Below are positions 38,218 to 48,286 of a DNA stretch of 64,000 bases, in pieces. The notes under the pieces were generated by a model that saw only the letters and a program-made list of their open reading frames with translations, was not told the DNA's origin and made no database searches. This DNA is from a virus (taxonomy: Duplodnaviria > Heunggongvirae > Uroviricota > Caudoviricetes). The position numbers were made by a program, and so were the translations under genes. The stretch lies in IMG/VR virus record IMGVR_UViG_3300014886_000120. The stretch is one strand, 5' to 3'. Every line of letters starts with the position of its first letter. The first letter of the stretch is position 1.

Positions 38218-39018
38218 TTAAAGGAACTCTATTACTCCAAGTGATGACATTAGATTGTTCAGCTTCTTATATAATACCATCTTAGTCCTTATGTCTGTTC
38301 TCCTACTCCATATTCTCATAGACATTTCTTCATAAAAGTCCTTCAAGCTCATCCCTCCATAATAATAATACCTGGAGAATATGCCTTGGTAGTACACCTT
38401 TGGAAACAGTTCAGGAAGAGCCTCCTTTAAAGCTGAGATATAAGGTTCAACACTAACCATGAATAAGTCATTGATAGCTTTGTTGAACCTTCTACTTGCA
38501 TCATAAATCTCCATAATTGCCTCGTCCAGGTCTTCAATAGTAAGATGTTTAGTGTGCCTTCTGTATAAGCTTCTAACTACAGACACCAAGATAGAGTAAT
38601 ATCTCCCAAAATGTCTGGCTTTCCTACATAAGATGGCATGAGCTTTTAGACTAATTGTTCCATCCACAGAGTTGCTAACCATAACACCGGTGCTATTCTT
38701 TTCTATAAACATATAGAGCCTCCAGTCAGGTTCAGCTATACTAACCCTAAACCCTCTCTTCCTGGCTATCTCCATAACAGCTGTCTTAACATCCTCATTA
38801 GGTATCAGCTTATAACGCCTGCTTACTATGGCTACTAAACATCCATCCTTGACTATGGCTTTGTACCTCGTATTATTACCTCTAAACAACAGGATCTTTT
38901 CTTGGTATCCATACGGTCTGTCCACAGTCCGTTCTACCTCAAACTCTACTAAGAGCTTTTCTGGTCTATTAGCTCTATCCACCTCCAGCATAAACATGCA
39001 CCACTCATTAACAATCAA
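38218..39018 (-). CDS. hypothetical protein (266 aa)
   Basis: No motif recognised. Confidence 0.35.
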   Translation of the reverse strand: MIVNEWCMFMLEVDRANRPEKLLVEFEVERTVDRPYGYQEKILLFRGNNTRYKAIVKDGCLVAIVSRRYKLIPNEDVKTAVMEIARKRGFRVSIAEPDWRLYMFIEKNSTGVMVSNSVDGTISLKAHAILCRKARHFGRYYSILVSVVRSLYRRHTKHLTIEDLDEAIMEIYDASRRFNKAINDLFMVSVEPYISALKEALPELFPKVYYQGIFSRYYYYGGMSLKDFYEEMSMRIWSRRTDIRTKMVLYKKLNNLMSSLGVIEFL

Positions 39019-39263
39019 AAGAGCTCGTTATGCTCTAGATACTTTTTCTCCCACTTCCCTCTCCTGATGCATATGTACACCTCTCTAGACACAAACTTTC
39101 TAATTGCAGCTAAGATTTGTTCTCGATATGTACGTTTAGAAAGGCCTATAACTATATTGCCCTCAGCATCCAACGTTATATACTCAAGCCTGGCAAACAC
39201 AGTTATCTCGTCCATTCTAGTCCAACCTCCTATAATGAATAGTCCTTCATGGACACTACACAT
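39015..39263 (-). CDS. hypothetical protein
   Basis: 82 aa; 4-nt overlap with the downstream gene. Confidence 0.3.
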   Translation of the reverse strand: MCSVHEGLFIIGGWTRMDEITVFARLEYITLDAEGNIVIGLSKRTYREQILAAIRKFVSREVYICIRRGKWEKKYLEHNELF

Positions 39264-40516
39264 GGAAAGTATGTAGGTATCCTACTAGGATCTCCCTTCT
39301 TGGATACTACCCATATTACGGTAAGATTTGAAGGTACCTCTCCAGGTAAAGGAAAGACACCATAAGCATCTGTAAAGTACACTAGAACTTTGGCTCTAGG
39401 CCTATTCTCCCTTATCCATCGAAATATAGGTCTAAAGTCAGTTCCTCCTCCACCTTTAAGTCTGGCAACTCTCAAATCATATTCTGAAGCTACCTTGTTA
39501 GCATCGTACAATCTAGAGTCACAGCTGAAGAGGAGTATCTCTACACTCTTGAAAGACCTTAATATTCCAAGAAGCTCACCGATCCCGTCTTTCACTTCTT
39601 CAGATGACATTGAGCCAGAAGTATCCACACAAGCTATGAGTTCAACCTTCTCTTTCTCAAGAGATGGAAAGTAGATATCAGTCACTATAGACTTCCTACT
39701 TGGTCTTCTATAAGAAAAATTGAAGGGAATACTTCTGGTCACTAAACGGGCCAGTAGCTCTCTCCATGAAAGCTTGGGCTCTACTAAATCATCTATCAGC
39801 CTCTCCATTCCAAGTGGTAGCTTGCCTATTATCTTAGCTCGTTCAAAAGCATCCTTGACTATTCTTCTCCAGTTCGGGACATGCTTCTCTGGCTCCAAGT
39901 CAGCTAGCTCCTCTGGTAGTCCGAGTTCTCTGAGTTTCTGTTTGTCTAGCTTACCATTTGGGCCTCTAGCCTGCTCAAGCTTGTCTCCAAAGATATGCCT
40001 ATCCAAGCTACCTTGTCTACAGATTACCCCGTCCTTAGACACACGTGGGATGGTACCTCTGAACGGACACTTACTACAGTCCAGTGTACACATTCTGGCA
40101 GAACGAAGTGGATCATCAGGTAGCTTGTCATATATCTCTTCCCATGCCATGCCCTTCCATCTCTCGTCTATTAGAGCTCCTCTAGGAAGAACAAACTCTC
40201 TTCTGATAATCAAGTTGAGAGCTAAGTCCATGGCAATGTTAGCCTTATATGGGTCTCGTTTACCCAGTCTCTCTAGATGCCTAAGCATGACATGTCCAAC
40301 TTCATGGGCTAGTACCCCTTTGAGCTCTTCTATGCTCAGCCTCTCTACAAACTCTTCTGAATAATAGACAGTTCCAAGATGGTTCACTCCCATAGTAGGG
40401 AGAAACGTACACTTGACAAAATTAAGGTGGAGAACAAGAGTACCCCAGAAAGGCTGTCTAGACAATAGCTGTATCCTAGCTTTTGATATCTTCTCTTCTG
40501 GAGACAACTTAGGCAT
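39230..40516 (-). CDS. HExxH zinc-metallopeptidase-like plus vWA domain protein (MoxR partner type)
   Basis: N-terminal GVLAHEVGHVMLRH (HExxH). Central Cys cluster CTLDCSKCP...C. C-terminal vWA MIDAS ACVDTSGSM. Confidence 0.6.
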   Translation of the reverse strand: MPKLSPEEKISKARIQLLSRQPFWGTLVLHLNFVKCTFLPTMGVNHLGTVYYSEEFVERLSIEELKGVLAHEVGHVMLRHLERLGKRDPYKANIAMDLALNLIIRREFVLPRGALIDERWKGMAWEEIYDKLPDDPLRSARMCTLDCSKCPFRGTIPRVSKDGVICRQGSLDRHIFGDKLEQARGPNGKLDKQKLRELGLPEELADLEPEKHVPNWRRIVKDAFERAKIIGKLPLGMERLIDDLVEPKLSWRELLARLVTRSIPFNFSYRRPSRKSIVTDIYFPSLEKEKVELIACVDTSGSMSSEEVKDGIGELLGILRSFKSVEILLFSCDSRLYDANKVASEYDLRVARLKGGGGTDFRPIFRWIRENRPRAKVLVYFTDAYGVFPLPGEVPSNLTVIWVVSKKGDPSRIPTYFPCVVSMKDYSL

Positions 40517-40533
40517 CTACACTACCTCCTAAG

Positions 40534-41748
40534 TCATTCACCTACAATGTCAAAGTATGGAGACAGCCTTGCAACAAATGGAGAGTACTCCTTTATCTCA
40601 AGTATGTTCCTCTTGAAGAAAGCTTCGTCAGTTGACTTAACCAGCTTGAGTAGGAAGACAGCAAACTCAGCTGTTAGTCTATTTGCAAATACGACTATGC
40701 TTCTCAGAGTCTCTCTCGTCTTGTGATGAATGAAGTAATCCACCAGGTTAGTACACAAAGTATAAAGCAAGTCCAGATTCTCTGGTATAGGCATAGTGTC
40801 TGGGTTCCTAATGAACTCCTCTACTGGAGGTAACTTTCTCCTGGCCTCTAGAAATGCCCTGAACATCTCAGCTACGTAAGTTCCCACCCTACCAGAGACA
40901 TACAGCATCACTTCCTCTTCATCGTACACTCCCTTAATGAGGTTGCTAGCTCTTTCCCATGATCTTGGAGTAGCAAAAGCTTTCTCTCTGTGTCCAGGCT
41001 TGTGGGTATACAGTGCTGAATTGTTAGTGTTGATGAAGCCTATTATCCTATGGTCTATGCCATGTTGTAGAGCCCATTCTGTCCAATCCTCTACAGAGGG
41101 AACTCCAAGCTCATACCAGCTGAACCTGTCATTGAGTGGATCTCCAAAGTCAAATGTAGGAGCTCCATCCAGAGGCCCTCTATTACCAGCTCCTATAACA
41201 ATGTACCCATCAGGTAGTGTGTAGTCTCCAAAACACCTGTCATTGATGAGCTCATAACATACTGCTTGGACAAGAGGTGGAGCCAGGTTGAACTCATCTA
41301 GGAATATAATTCCATGACCAGCATATGGCATCCAGCCAGGCTTGTTCCATTTAGTGATATAGTCTACTATCTTGACATCCTTGTAGTCATCTCTATCCAC
41401 GAACTGAGGTAATATCCTTACCGGTATCAGCTCAAATCTTCCCTTTACCTTTACCAGAGCATAATTATCCGGTAATCCCATTACTTCACCAGCATCTTTC
41501 TGGGCTATACGTTGGTCTACAAAGCAGAACTTGTCTACATGCTGGTTAGGCATCTTGGTCTCTATGAACTCAAGGCTGAGCTCTTGAGCCAGCTCCATAG
41601 CTGCATCCCTAGCTGTATAGCTCTTCCCTACACCTATAGGTCCCTCAATAAATATTGGTTCTTTAGTATAGTAAGCTCTCTTTATTATCTTCTTGAGCTG
41701 TTTATGGTTCACCTGGATGATATTGCCACTTCTTATGCGTTTACTCAT
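40534..41748 (-). CDS. MoxR-like AAA+ ATPase
   Basis: Walker A GPIGVGKS and Walker B IIFLDEFNLAP (MoxR has DEINRA); 404 aa. Sits immediately upstream of the vWA-peptidase gene. Confidence 0.6.
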   Translation of the reverse strand: MSKRIRSGNIIQVNHKQLKKIIKRAYYTKEPIFIEGPIGVGKSYTARDAAMELAQELSLEFIETKMPNQHVDKFCFVDQRIAQKDAGEVMGLPDNYALVKVKGRFELIPVRILPQFVDRDDYKDVKIVDYITKWNKPGWMPYAGHGIIFLDEFNLAPPLVQAVCYELINDRCFGDYTLPDGYIVIGAGNRGPLDGAPTFDFGDPLNDRFSWYELGVPSVEDWTEWALQHGIDHRIIGFINTNNSALYTHKPGHREKAFATPRSWERASNLIKGVYDEEEVMLYVSGRVGTYVAEMFRAFLEARRKLPPVEEFIRNPDTMPIPENLDLLYTLCTNLVDYFIHHKTRETLRSIVVFANRLTAEFAVFLLKLVKSTDEAFFKRNILEIKEYSPFVARLSPYFDIVGE

Positions 41749-41915
41749 ATCCCAGTATCTCCCTCCAAAGCAGTATGACAGCTCCTGAAGAGCTAGAGGC
41801 TAGTGACCATAAGAATATTGGACTCACAGTCACTGTCATCACCAAGCTTATACCTGAAAGGAATCCCAGAATGAATATCCCTACCGGTCTATACCTTTTC
41901 ATTTCCTATACCTCC

Positions 41916-42134
41916 TTACTTTTTCAGTTCTTCAATTATCTGGACTACAGCTATCATTCCAATAAAGACTATAACACAGACTATAACTGAGGAAATAAGA
42001 GCTATAAGTCTCTCCCAGAAATTTGTTGGAGCTAAGAGCATATAGTTACCTATACTAGCCAGAACTGGAATACCAAAGTATGCTAGTATAAGGTATATCC
42101 GAGAGATATATTTCTTAAACCTCTCTTTATCCAT
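41916..42134 (-). CDS. small membrane protein
   Basis: Two TM helices. The palindromic motif lies within its first codons, so the true start may be an internal Met. Confidence 0.3.
   Translation of the reverse strand: MDKERFKKYISRIYLILAYFGIPVLASIGNYMLLAPTNFWERLIALISSVIVCVIVFIGMIAVVQIIEELKK
42093..42109. promoter_or_regulatory. motif 1 copy
   Basis: TATATCCGAGAGATATA. Confidence 0.4.
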
Positions 42135-42135
42135 C

Positions 42136-42573
42136 CTAACCCTCCATCCTACTTCTAAGTATAGCTTTCAGCTTCTTGATGTCTCCCTTCTCCAGTCTTC
42201 TAGCTAACATACCATTTACTCCTGACATTCCTCTCTCTCTTGTAAAGTTCAACATCTTGTCAGCTAACCACTCTAGGAACTTGTCCTTGTTAGAGTAGTA
42301 GAACCATTTCTTTCTGGTACCAAACACTCTGGACTGTCCATGTTTCCTAGCAGAGTTAAACGAAGCCTTGAATCTTTGAGCTTTCCCTTCCAGAACAAGA
42401 GCAGTAAGGGCATTGTGTACCACTCCTATCTTCAGGCCAGTACCCTCTATAATATCAGACATGCAAGCTCCACCACTCTCTTCCAGAAACTTCAAGACTG
42501 CAAGCTTCTTTTCTTCTGAAACACTCCTCTTCTTCATCTCATATCTCCCCATAACAACCTTTAAGGAACACAC
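42136..42573 (-). CDS. winged-helix transcription regulator candidate
   Basis: VLKFLEESGGACMSDIIEGTGLKIGVVHNALTALVLEGKA resembles a wHTH. Confidence 0.4.
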   Translation of the reverse strand: MCSLKVVMGRYEMKKRSVSEEKKLAVLKFLEESGGACMSDIIEGTGLKIGVVHNALTALVLEGKAQRFKASFNSARKHGQSRVFGTRKKWFYYSNKDKFLEWLADKMLNFTRERGMSGVNGMLARRLEKGDIKKLKAILRSRMEG

Positions 42574-43175
42574 ATTATTTACTCACCAATTTCACCTTAC
42601 GGGTACAGATCAAGCCTGATGGTAATCGTATAGCATCCTGGCACTTGTCACATCTGCTTTCCTCAACGTACTTCTTAAGCTTAGGACACCATTTGAGTAC
42701 AATTATCAACAACTCAGTAAGGCACCATCCTTGACTTTAATAGACAGCTACCTTCCCTGCATAGCTATTTGTTCTATTCTGTCTAGCCTATCAATGAGGT
42801 TGTCTATTTCTCTCAAGACAAGCTGTACCCCTCTCCTGAAAGACTCTAAACATTTTGAACATACTGCTTCTTCATGCTCCATGATCTCAGAACCACAAGA
42901 TATGCACTTCAAGTATAACACCACTTTAGCTTCTTTAGACTGTTATAGCTCTTGCAACATAATATAATCCTAATCCAATACCTAATATAACAACCCAAAG
43001 TGGCTTGCCAATCATGTAGCCATAAATAGCTAAAACTAGAACGGTCAAAGCTGTTGAAGCATAAATGATCTTTCTAGCTCGTTTGAGCAGCTTCCTTACA
43101 TTCATTAACTAATACTCCTAGTCTGGTATTGTCACCTTAGTTTACACCCCAAAAAAAGTCCACTCAATGAAGCAT

Positions 43176-43397
43176 CTATGAGAAAGTGTCTTCAAGTATA
43201 TATACATATCCCAGAATAGCTGTTTCCAGCTCAGACTTAAACATGTCTATCCTCTCTCTAAATGTAAGGTATTCTATGCTCCATTCATCAGTGTCATAGC
43301 TGTATGATGGAATATATACCATAGCCATACATTTGATACCATTGATTAGAAACCTAATTCTCTGGATTATGGATATCTTCTTCCTTCTCAACCTCAA
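43176..43397 (-). CDS. hypothetical protein
   Basis: 73 aa. Confidence 0.3.
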   Translation of the reverse strand: MRLRRKKISIIQRIRFLINGIKCMAMVYIPSYSYDTDEWSIEYLTFRERIDMFKSELETAILGYVYILEDTFS

Positions 43398-43418
43398 AGT
43401 AAGTAGTCACCTCCATTA

Positions 43419-45146
43419 TTATATTCCAGTATGTTTCTTGTATGCTTCTACCACATCATTTATTGTGTTGATGTCTCTTACTGTTTTATCATCTCTTATC
43501 CTGAGTATAGATGGATTCCTAAGAGCATAACCAGAAGGGAACTCCTTACTCCTTATAACTTCATGGAACACTGTTTCCACTACTATTCTAGGCTTAACAA
43601 ACACTCCCTCTTTGTCTCTTATACCGGTCATTAACGGCCTGAGCTTCTCAGTTAATATGGACAATGTTTCTTGATCCATACCAGTAGAGTCTCCTATAGG
43701 ATATAACACTGGCTTACTTTCATGCCTAACTGCCAATGTAAAGCTTGTAAATATACCTCCTAGCTTTCCATAGCCGTATTTGGCCTTCACAATTACAGCA
43801 TCAAGTGTATCCCTTGTCCTCTTTAGCTTTAGCCAGCTTCTATGTCTCCTACCAGGATAGTATTTAGAAGATAAGTCCTTAACTACTATACCTTCAAACC
43901 CTTGCTCAACTATCTTGTCATAATGCTTCATTACATCCTCGTAGCTATTGCAAATGGTTCCATGCACTATTATTTCTGGTTCTAGAATCTCCAGTAAAGT
44001 CTTTAACCTAGAGCTCAATGGTTCTCCAAGTAAAGATTTCCTATGGTATAAGACATCAAATACTCTAGCTTCAAATCTAGCTTCTTCCTTCTGTCTTAAA
44101 GCTTCATATAAAGGCAATATCTTTCCATCTTTGAGTCCTATTATCTCACCATCAAGTATGCAAGCTCTAGGTGACCTAACTGTGCTAGTGTCCAAGGCAT
44201 CTGGGTAGTCATCATCCAGTAGCTTTCCAGTCCTGGAGTAAATATGTACTTTATCTCCTATCTTGTGTATCTGACATCTAACCCCATCTAGCTTTACCTG
44301 TACTAGAGACGGATAGGATATCCTGTTCCTATGAAATGTGTAACATAACATGGGAGCTATAAACCTGCCTGGTACCAGTCTGACTTTCCTTAGAGCTTTG
44401 TTGCCCAGCTTTGCAAGTAACAGCCCATGGATTCTTCCTCTGATTAGCATAGCCTGGGTTAACAGGTCAGCATCTAGTTTAAACATTTCACTTACTGCAA
44501 CAGCTACAACATGAGCCTGTAAATGAATGTACAGGTTCCTTCTTAATAGTCTGCTCAAGTACTTAGCTTCTTCTTTACTGGCCTTTTCAAACAAGCTTGC
44601 TATAGCTAGAATACTATGATACCTTCCAAGACTCGGTATCTCCCTTAAAGTATAATACACTTCATCCAGTAACAGCTCTGGCTCTTTCTCTCTAGCCAGG
44701 AGCTGAGCTATTTCACCTATTTCACCATACTCATGGAATAGTCTATCCATGTAGGCTGGAGTTTGGTTGTTTGCTATCCTGAGAGCTTCCAGTATGGTAG
44801 ACTCAGCTACACCATATGGTGCATCACTTACCTCTCCAAGTAACAACCGTATCTTCTTCTCATATGATATTGGGAACCCAGCTAGGAATCTGGCTACCTC
44901 AGTCTTCTTTCCCTTCATACTAGCCATCGAGCTTACTCTCTTATAGAAGTCTACAAGATGCATAAAGAGAATCTTCTTGTTTAGCTTGTAGCCCTTCTTT
45001 ATCAGTACAACCATATGGAACGGCAGATTTAGCTCCCTAGCTATCTCAACTTCATTGTATCCAGCCTTTTCCATACGGGCTATGGTAGCTGGTATAGTCA
45101 AGCTAAAGACAAGACTAGCCTTGTCAGGTACATCCACCAGAGACAT
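43419..45146 (-). CDS. lig: ATP-dependent DNA ligase
   Basis: Motif I VKLDGVRCQ (KxDG), FEGIVVKD, DGEIIG and WLKLK motifs; N-terminal DNA-binding domain; 575 aa. Confidence 0.85.
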   Translation of the reverse strand: MSLVDVPDKASLVFSLTIPATIARMEKAGYNEVEIARELNLPFHMVVLIKKGYKLNKKILFMHLVDFYKRVSSMASMKGKKTEVARFLAGFPISYEKKIRLLLGEVSDAPYGVAESTILEALRIANNQTPAYMDRLFHEYGEIGEIAQLLAREKEPELLLDEVYYTLREIPSLGRYHSILAIASLFEKASKEEAKYLSRLLRRNLYIHLQAHVVAVAVSEMFKLDADLLTQAMLIRGRIHGLLLAKLGNKALRKVRLVPGRFIAPMLCYTFHRNRISYPSLVQVKLDGVRCQIHKIGDKVHIYSRTGKLLDDDYPDALDTSTVRSPRACILDGEIIGLKDGKILPLYEALRQKEEARFEARVFDVLYHRKSLLGEPLSSRLKTLLEILEPEIIVHGTICNSYEDVMKHYDKIVEQGFEGIVVKDLSSKYYPGRRHRSWLKLKRTRDTLDAVIVKAKYGYGKLGGIFTSFTLAVRHESKPVLYPIGDSTGMDQETLSILTEKLRPLMTGIRDKEGVFVKPRIVVETVFHEVIRSKEFPSGYALRNPSILRIRDDKTVRDINTINDVVEAYKKHTGI

Positions 45147-45148
45147 CC

Positions 45149-45451
45149 TTACGTCACTTTGATATCCTTATACCATTTAGGAGTCTTCCGGTATAGAGTA
45201 ACCTCTCTCTTACCAGTAACTCGTTTCTTTTCTATAAGGCCATGACGTACTAGAAGTTTTAGAATGTAGATAGCTCTTCCATGAGTAATGTCGGAAGTAT
45301 AAGCTACATCGAAGTGTGTGAACCATCCATCAAAGCTGTCTATGTTCCTGATAGCTCTGGCAAACATTAACTTGTAGTTACGTATTTCAAGGTACTCTGG
45401 GATTACAGACAGATACTTTTGTCTCCAGCTGTTGAACTTCCCATAAGTCAT
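45149..45451 (-). CDS. hypothetical protein
   Basis: 100 aa. Confidence 0.3.
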   Translation of the reverse strand: MTYGKFNSWRQKYLSVIPEYLEIRNYKLMFARAIRNIDSFDGWFTHFDVAYTSDITHGRAIYILKLLVRHGLIEKKRVTGKREVTLYRKTPKWYKDIKVT

Positions 45452-45452
45452 G

Positions 45453-45812
45453 CTACTTATTCTCTCCTATCCGGCTATTATGCTTTGTAAGAGACGACAT
45501 AATCTCCTCATAGCTCTTGGACTTAAGAGCTTCTATCTTGTCTGAATTAGCCATAATGTATCCTCCCAACCTCCTGACTATCTTCTGGAATGAAATGAGG
45601 TGGGGAGCTGTATTGACAAAATAAGATGGGTTAGCTCTCTTCAATAGTATAAGAGCTTTCACCATGGCCTCATCGTCAAGATCTAAGACACACAGAATAT
45701 CCATAGTCTCTTCTAATAGTCTCTCTGTTGGATTGGTAGCTAGCTGCTTGGTTCTATTCTCTATGAGCCTTTCTAGGACATTTATGTGCTCCATTAACAA
45801 TCCATCCTTCAA
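45453..45812 (-). CDS. hypothetical protein
   Basis: 119 aa. Confidence 0.3.
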   Translation of the reverse strand: MKDGLLMEHINVLERLIENRTKQLATNPTERLLEETMDILCVLDLDDEAMVKALILLKRANPSYFVNTAPHLISFQKIVRRLGGYIMANSDKIEALKSKSYEEIMSSLTKHNSRIGENK

Positions 45813-45825
45813 CTAAGAAGGAACA

Positions 45826-46068
45826 TTAAGCTCCAGAACATAACTTAGCTAGGTCAGCTCCACATACAGCACACCATATATTGTTAACAGTTCTGTACTC
45901 TTCATGTTCACTGATATTCTCTACTTGAACTATCCTTCCACCTCTAATCTGGAACACTCCATAGAATCTGGCTTTGAAGCTTCCAGTAGCCTTGAACACT
46001 CTTGAACCACACTCAGGACATCTCATGTCTCTGGGAATATCTTTCCATAGAATAGTATCCTCTTCCAA
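45826..46068 (-). CDS. zinc-ribbon protein
   Basis: CPECG...CAVCG. Confidence 0.4.
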   Translation of the reverse strand: MEEDTILWKDIPRDMRCPECGSRVFKATGSFKARFYGVFQIRGGRIVQVENISEHEEYRTVNNIWCAVCGADLAKLCSGA

Positions 46069-46097
46069 ACAGCTATCACCCCAATAAAGTAGCTGTC

Positions 46098-47093
46098 CTA
46101 TGCATATTTCCTTAGTACCTCTTCTCCCTTAGGTGTTACTCGTAATAGTCCATGCTTTGTGATGTATGTCTGGATATGCTCCCTTACAAAGCCACATAAC
46201 CTACAGTCAGCTACCCTAACCATGTAGGTTACAGCTCCTCTCTTCACTCCCAAGTCTTCTGTCTGGTCTCCATAGTAGGTTCTACCTTTGTCAACCAAGA
46301 CAGTAGCATCCAAGTTATGTATCAAAGCTATCCCACCGGCTACATCATATTTGTCAAAGCTCTCAGCTATCCTCTGATTTACATAAAGACCGGTAATACC
46401 TCTGGTCTGATTGAACCTAGCTAACTCCATAACCCTGTACTTCAAGGCTCCCCTATAAGACTCAAGTATTGTTACTGAATCTATAATGATTAGCTTGATG
46501 TCATTCCTCTCAGAGGTATACCTTAGAACTTCAGCAAATGTGTTCCATTCCCTAAGCTCTGGCTTAGCCACAGTATCCATAACATAAAGGTTCTCCCTTA
46601 TCTTACTCCATTCCAGTCCGAGGAACATAGATTTGTCCATCATTCTACTCTGCAAGTCATACCTTCCAGTGCTAGATATGAAGATATCCTCTGAAGTCAC
46701 ATAGAGTACTTTTGTGCCCCTGTGAGCTGCCCTAATGGCTACCTCTTCCATGAGTATTGATTTCCCAGCTCCGGGGGTTCCGGTTATAGACAGCTGAATA
46801 CCTAGTGGTATACCGTTTATGCACTTGTCAGAATTATCCAGAAACAGCCTATCCAGTAGGGTCTCAGTCCTATACACTTCAAGCTTCTTCTTCTGTGTCA
46901 TGTCAGTGGGTATTGTTATCAGCTCTTCATAGTCCTCCCTTCTGGACAGATCCATATCTTCCTGGAATGGTTCACTTGTGATAGTCCATTCATCTTCTAC
47001 ATCTGACTCTGAACTAGCTTTTTCAGCCATCTGCTCTTGCATTTTCTTTAGAGTCTCTAGCATTTGCTTCATTAACTCTTCAGACAAGCTCAT
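46098..47093 (-). CDS. KaiC/RecA-superfamily ATPase
   Basis: Walker A ITGTPGAGKS and Walker B LIIIDSV; 331 aa. Confidence 0.6.
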   Translation of the reverse strand: MSLSEELMKQMLETLKKMQEQMAEKASSESDVEDEWTITSEPFQEDMDLSRREDYEELITIPTDMTQKKKLEVYRTETLLDRLFLDNSDKCINGIPLGIQLSITGTPGAGKSILMEEVAIRAAHRGTKVLYVTSEDIFISSTGRYDLQSRMMDKSMFLGLEWSKIRENLYVMDTVAKPELREWNTFAEVLRYTSERNDIKLIIIDSVTILESYRGALKYRVMELARFNQTRGITGLYVNQRIAESFDKYDVAGGIALIHNLDATVLVDKGRTYYGDQTEDLGVKRGAVTYMVRVADCRLCGFVREHIQTYITKHGLLRVTPKGEEVLRKYA

Positions 47094-47419
47094 ACCTCCT
47101 ATGAATTAGAACTCATAGTCACATCCACAATATATCCTCAAGTAATGCTTACACTTGTAACATTCTTCAGGATACTTCTTATTCAGATACTTGCATCTCT
47201 TCACTCCATTCTTATCGATATAAGTCCCATAGACAGTAATCTCTCATTCCTCCATCCATTCTGTTACTTTTAAGACATTAAGGAAGGTTCGTTTACAAAC
47301 TGGACACTTGTATCTAAGCTTAAGCTCTGCCATGCCTTCTTTAGATACAAGCTCCAGAACTCTTCACAATAGGGCAAGTAGATAGGAAGCCTATACCACT
47401 CTTTTTCTGATAGCATGGT

Positions 47420-47638
47420 TCATGGTCTATCATCCATCTCCTGGAGCTCCCTTTGGATTATCCTCAGTTTCCTATCGTAATAATGTGACAATGGTGGATT
47501 GAGCTTCTTGTGAGCTTTAATCCACTTGACTATTGACAATAGAATGAACCTTTTAAGGGTATACCCTCTAGAGTTCTTCAGTCCATGGATTGCATTGTAA
47601 GCTTCCTCAGACACTTTGAACGATATAGTTCTCTTCAA
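47420..47638 (-). CDS. ribbon-helix-helix (CopG/Arc-like) regulator candidate
   Basis: N-terminal KRTISFKVSEEAYNAI beta-strand/helix pattern; the palindromic motif is 20 nt upstream. Confidence 0.4.
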   Translation of the reverse strand: MKRTISFKVSEEAYNAIHGLKNSRGYTLKRFILLSIVKWIKAHKKLNPPLSHYYDRKLRIIQRELQEMDDRP

Positions 47639-47657
47639 CTGTAGTAACCCTCTGGCT

Positions 47658-47674
47658 TACTTATATCTATATCC
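47658..47674. promoter_or_regulatory. motif 1 copy
   Basis: TATATCCGAGAGATATA, 20 nt upstream of the RHH gene start. Confidence 0.45.
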
Positions 47675-47685
47675 GAGAGATATAC

Positions 47686-47925
47686 TTATTCAGCTAAGAG
47701 CATCAATCCTATACCTAATGATATTACAAGTCCTATAGTCAGGACACCTATCATAAGGAGGGACAGTGTAATCCCTACTATAGATTGATAAAAGCCGTAC
47801 TTTAATAGCTTGTCGATGACAAGGGTAAGCTGGCAAATAGCATAGACACACAAGGTGGTAAGGTAAAGAAAGAAAGCTCCTATAACCTTATCCAGTAGGT
47901 TCTTCATATCCAAATCTAATGTCAT
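47686..47925 (-). CDS. small membrane protein
   Basis: Two TM helices. Confidence 0.35.
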   Translation of the reverse strand: MTLDLDMKNLLDKVIGAFFLYLTTLCVYAICQLTLVIDKLLKYGFYQSIVGITLSLLMIGVLTIGLVISLGIGLMLLAE

Positions 47926-47941
47926 GTATAGAATAAAAGCT

Positions 47942-48286
47942 TTACAGTCTCCTAGCTATATCCCTCAGATAGTTGTTTTTAAACTCCTCCCATTCCTCTC
48001 TAATGTAACCGATAAGGAGCATGCCAGGATAAACCAGCAAGCTCATTGTGGTGTACCTGAACAACATTGGCAACCATATAACACTAGTATCCTCTATAAT
48101 TTTGTGTTCCATATCCGGTATTATCCACACCATAGCCCCAAATATTCCGAAAGCTAGATGACATCCAAAAAGTACAGCTGGCAATATCACCCTGATGATC
48201 ATAGCTATCTCCAGGAGCTTTCCCTTTACTATCTCTTTCCATTTACCAATCAGGAACTTGACAAATAAAAGGAGTACTCTCGTCAT
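47942..48286 (-). CDS. membrane protein
   Basis: Three TM helices. Confidence 0.35.
   Translation of the reverse strand: MTRVLLLFVKFLIGKWKEIVKGKLLEIAMIIRVILPAVLFGCHLAFGIFGAMVWIIPDMEHKIIEDTSVIWLPMLFRYTTMSLLVYPGMLLIGYIREEWEEFKNNYLRDIARRL
47957..47972. promoter_or_regulatory. motif 1 degenerate copy
   Basis: TATATCCCTCAGATAG, about 32 nt upstream of the 47925 start. Confidence 0.3.

Noticed and set aside
41916-42134. Annotated start of 41916-42134 at 42134.
   Set aside because: The palindromic promoter motif (42093-42109) lies inside codons 9-14 of this ORF. The real protein more likely starts at the downstream Met, or the ORF is not expressed as annotated. It is kept at low confidence only.
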